19,145 nt of DNA from Octopus sinensis (taxonomy: Eukaryota). Shown here in pieces: positions 18,388-19,145 of this stretch. Made by a program: the position numbers and the translations under genes. The stretch lies in contig NW_021824313.1 in assembly GCF_006345805.1 (NCBI RefSeq), forward strand, positions 1 through 19,145. The letters run 5' to 3'. Position 1 is the stretch's first letter, and each line of letters starts with the position of its first letter. Under the pieces are notes generated by a model. It saw nothing but the letters and a program-made list of their open reading frames with translations, ran no database searches and was not told the origin of the DNA.

Positions 18388-18903
18388 TTATGTTTTATTA
18401 TACAATGGAATACCTCTACTATATATGCAATATTTATTTGGCAGAACCAGTTGCAAGATAACATCTTCGGTGTAGAAATGCATTAATTTTGCTGATTGAT
18501 CAAGTGTTCGGTTAAAATGCAACTTTACTGCTCTAATCAAGTTTTTGTTTTGTGTTATAAGTAACCAAATTTTGTGGAGTGTTAATGAATATACAGCTAT
18601 CAAATGTATTATATTTGCCACAGAGAAATCAATATTGCAAAGAAAGTAAAATAATAGAAAATGTTTTAAACATAAAATGCTAAGGCAAGAAATATATTTA
18701 AGGTAATCAAGATTGAATTTGTGGTCTTCAATAGTAAAGTATGGAATATGTGTAAATATATATTCATAATTTTCATCTGTATTGAGAATAGTGTTAAGAG
18801 CATTTGATTTGAAGATTCCTGAAATTGTATGTGCTAATGTCTCAGTTTTGCTGGGATAATGATATTGTATATTTATGAAATAACGATTTCCGTGTTCTAT
18901 CAC
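18388..18903 (-). CDS. Orphan stop-free reading frame (171 codons) with two hydrophobic segments; possible 405-nt symmetric exon 18818-18414
   Basis: No stop across 171 codons of non-repetitive DNA at about 70-75% AT. Candidate acceptor TTTCAG|GA (exon start 18818) and donor AG|GTATTC (exon end 18414), both phase 1. The only Met is late in the frame, and I do not recognise the protein. Confidence 0.3.
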   Translation of the reverse strand: MIEHGNRYFINIQYHYPSKTETLAHTISGIFKSNALNTILNTDENYEYIFTHIPYFTIEDHKFNLDYLKYISCLSILCLKHFLLFYFLCNIDFSVANIIHLIAVYSLTLHKIWLLITQNKNLIRAVKLHFNRTLDQSAKLMHFYTEDVILQLVLPNKYCIYSRGIPLYNKT

Positions 18904-18944
18904 AAAACATCCGTTTCGGTTCGAAGCAACGGTCTTTCCTTCAT

Positions 18945-19040
18945 CCCCCCTCTCTCTCGCTCTCTCTCTCTCTCTCTCACACTTTCTCCGTCTCTCTCAC
19001 TCATTGTGTATACATATTGTGTGTGTGTATATTATATACA
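18945..19040. repeat. (CT)n then (TG/TA)n microsatellite
   Basis: Visible. Confidence 0.9.
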
Positions 19041-19145
19041 CAGTCGCCATGATAGATAGTTAGCCACTACACACATTTTTTCTCTCTTTGTTTATTCTGT
19101 GTCCCTTTCAGTAGAAGAGCGTAGGCTCGAAACGTAAAAGACTTT
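19041..19145 (+). mobile_element. Probable PLE pLTR fragment with a variant hammerhead-like core (copy 2, runs to the window end)
   Basis: Same 5' start (CAGTCGCCATGATAGAT) as 10963. Layout: CTTT (19105-08) - CAGTAGA - A - GAGC/GCTC stem with GTAG loop - GAAA-C-G-T-A - AAAG (19137-40). Confidence 0.7.

Noticed and set aside
18905-18947. Minus-strand GATGA-AGG...CC-GAAAC hammerhead-like string
   Set aside because: The C3U4 positions are replaced by a G run and no valid NUH follows; more likely part of the adjacent repeat body.

Overview
This is AT-rich, repeat-dense eukaryotic DNA, intergenic or intronic. The SINE families and microsatellite style point to a cephalopod, most likely Octopus (inferred from recalled repeat consensus sequences; no search was run). 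No complete protein-coding gene, tRNA, rRNA or CRISPR array can be supported, and most ORFs in the track are microsatellite artefacts. The window contains: (1) at least four tRNA-derived SINE types, including full-length, truncated and tail-swapped copies; (2) a TA-flanked Tigger/pogo-like MITE with a SINE nested inside it; (3) Penelope-like element (PLE) terminal fragments carrying hammerhead-ribozyme-like motifs: one with canonical core boxes at 1208-1235, and a variant CUGUAGA form, tandemly doubled at 11026-11137 and repeated at 19109-19140; (4) a probable piggyBac transposase fossil with a ~245-bp internal duplication; (5) a perfect 35-bp palindrome; (6) very long trinucleotide arrays. 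The best non-repeat leads are a stop-free 171-codon minus-strand frame at 18388-18903 containing a possible 405-nt symmetric exon, and a small plus-strand exon candidate carrying a start codon (MESKE, 13332-13383). I found no convincing new multi-gene system. The hammerhead variants and the orphan ORF are the items most worth testing.
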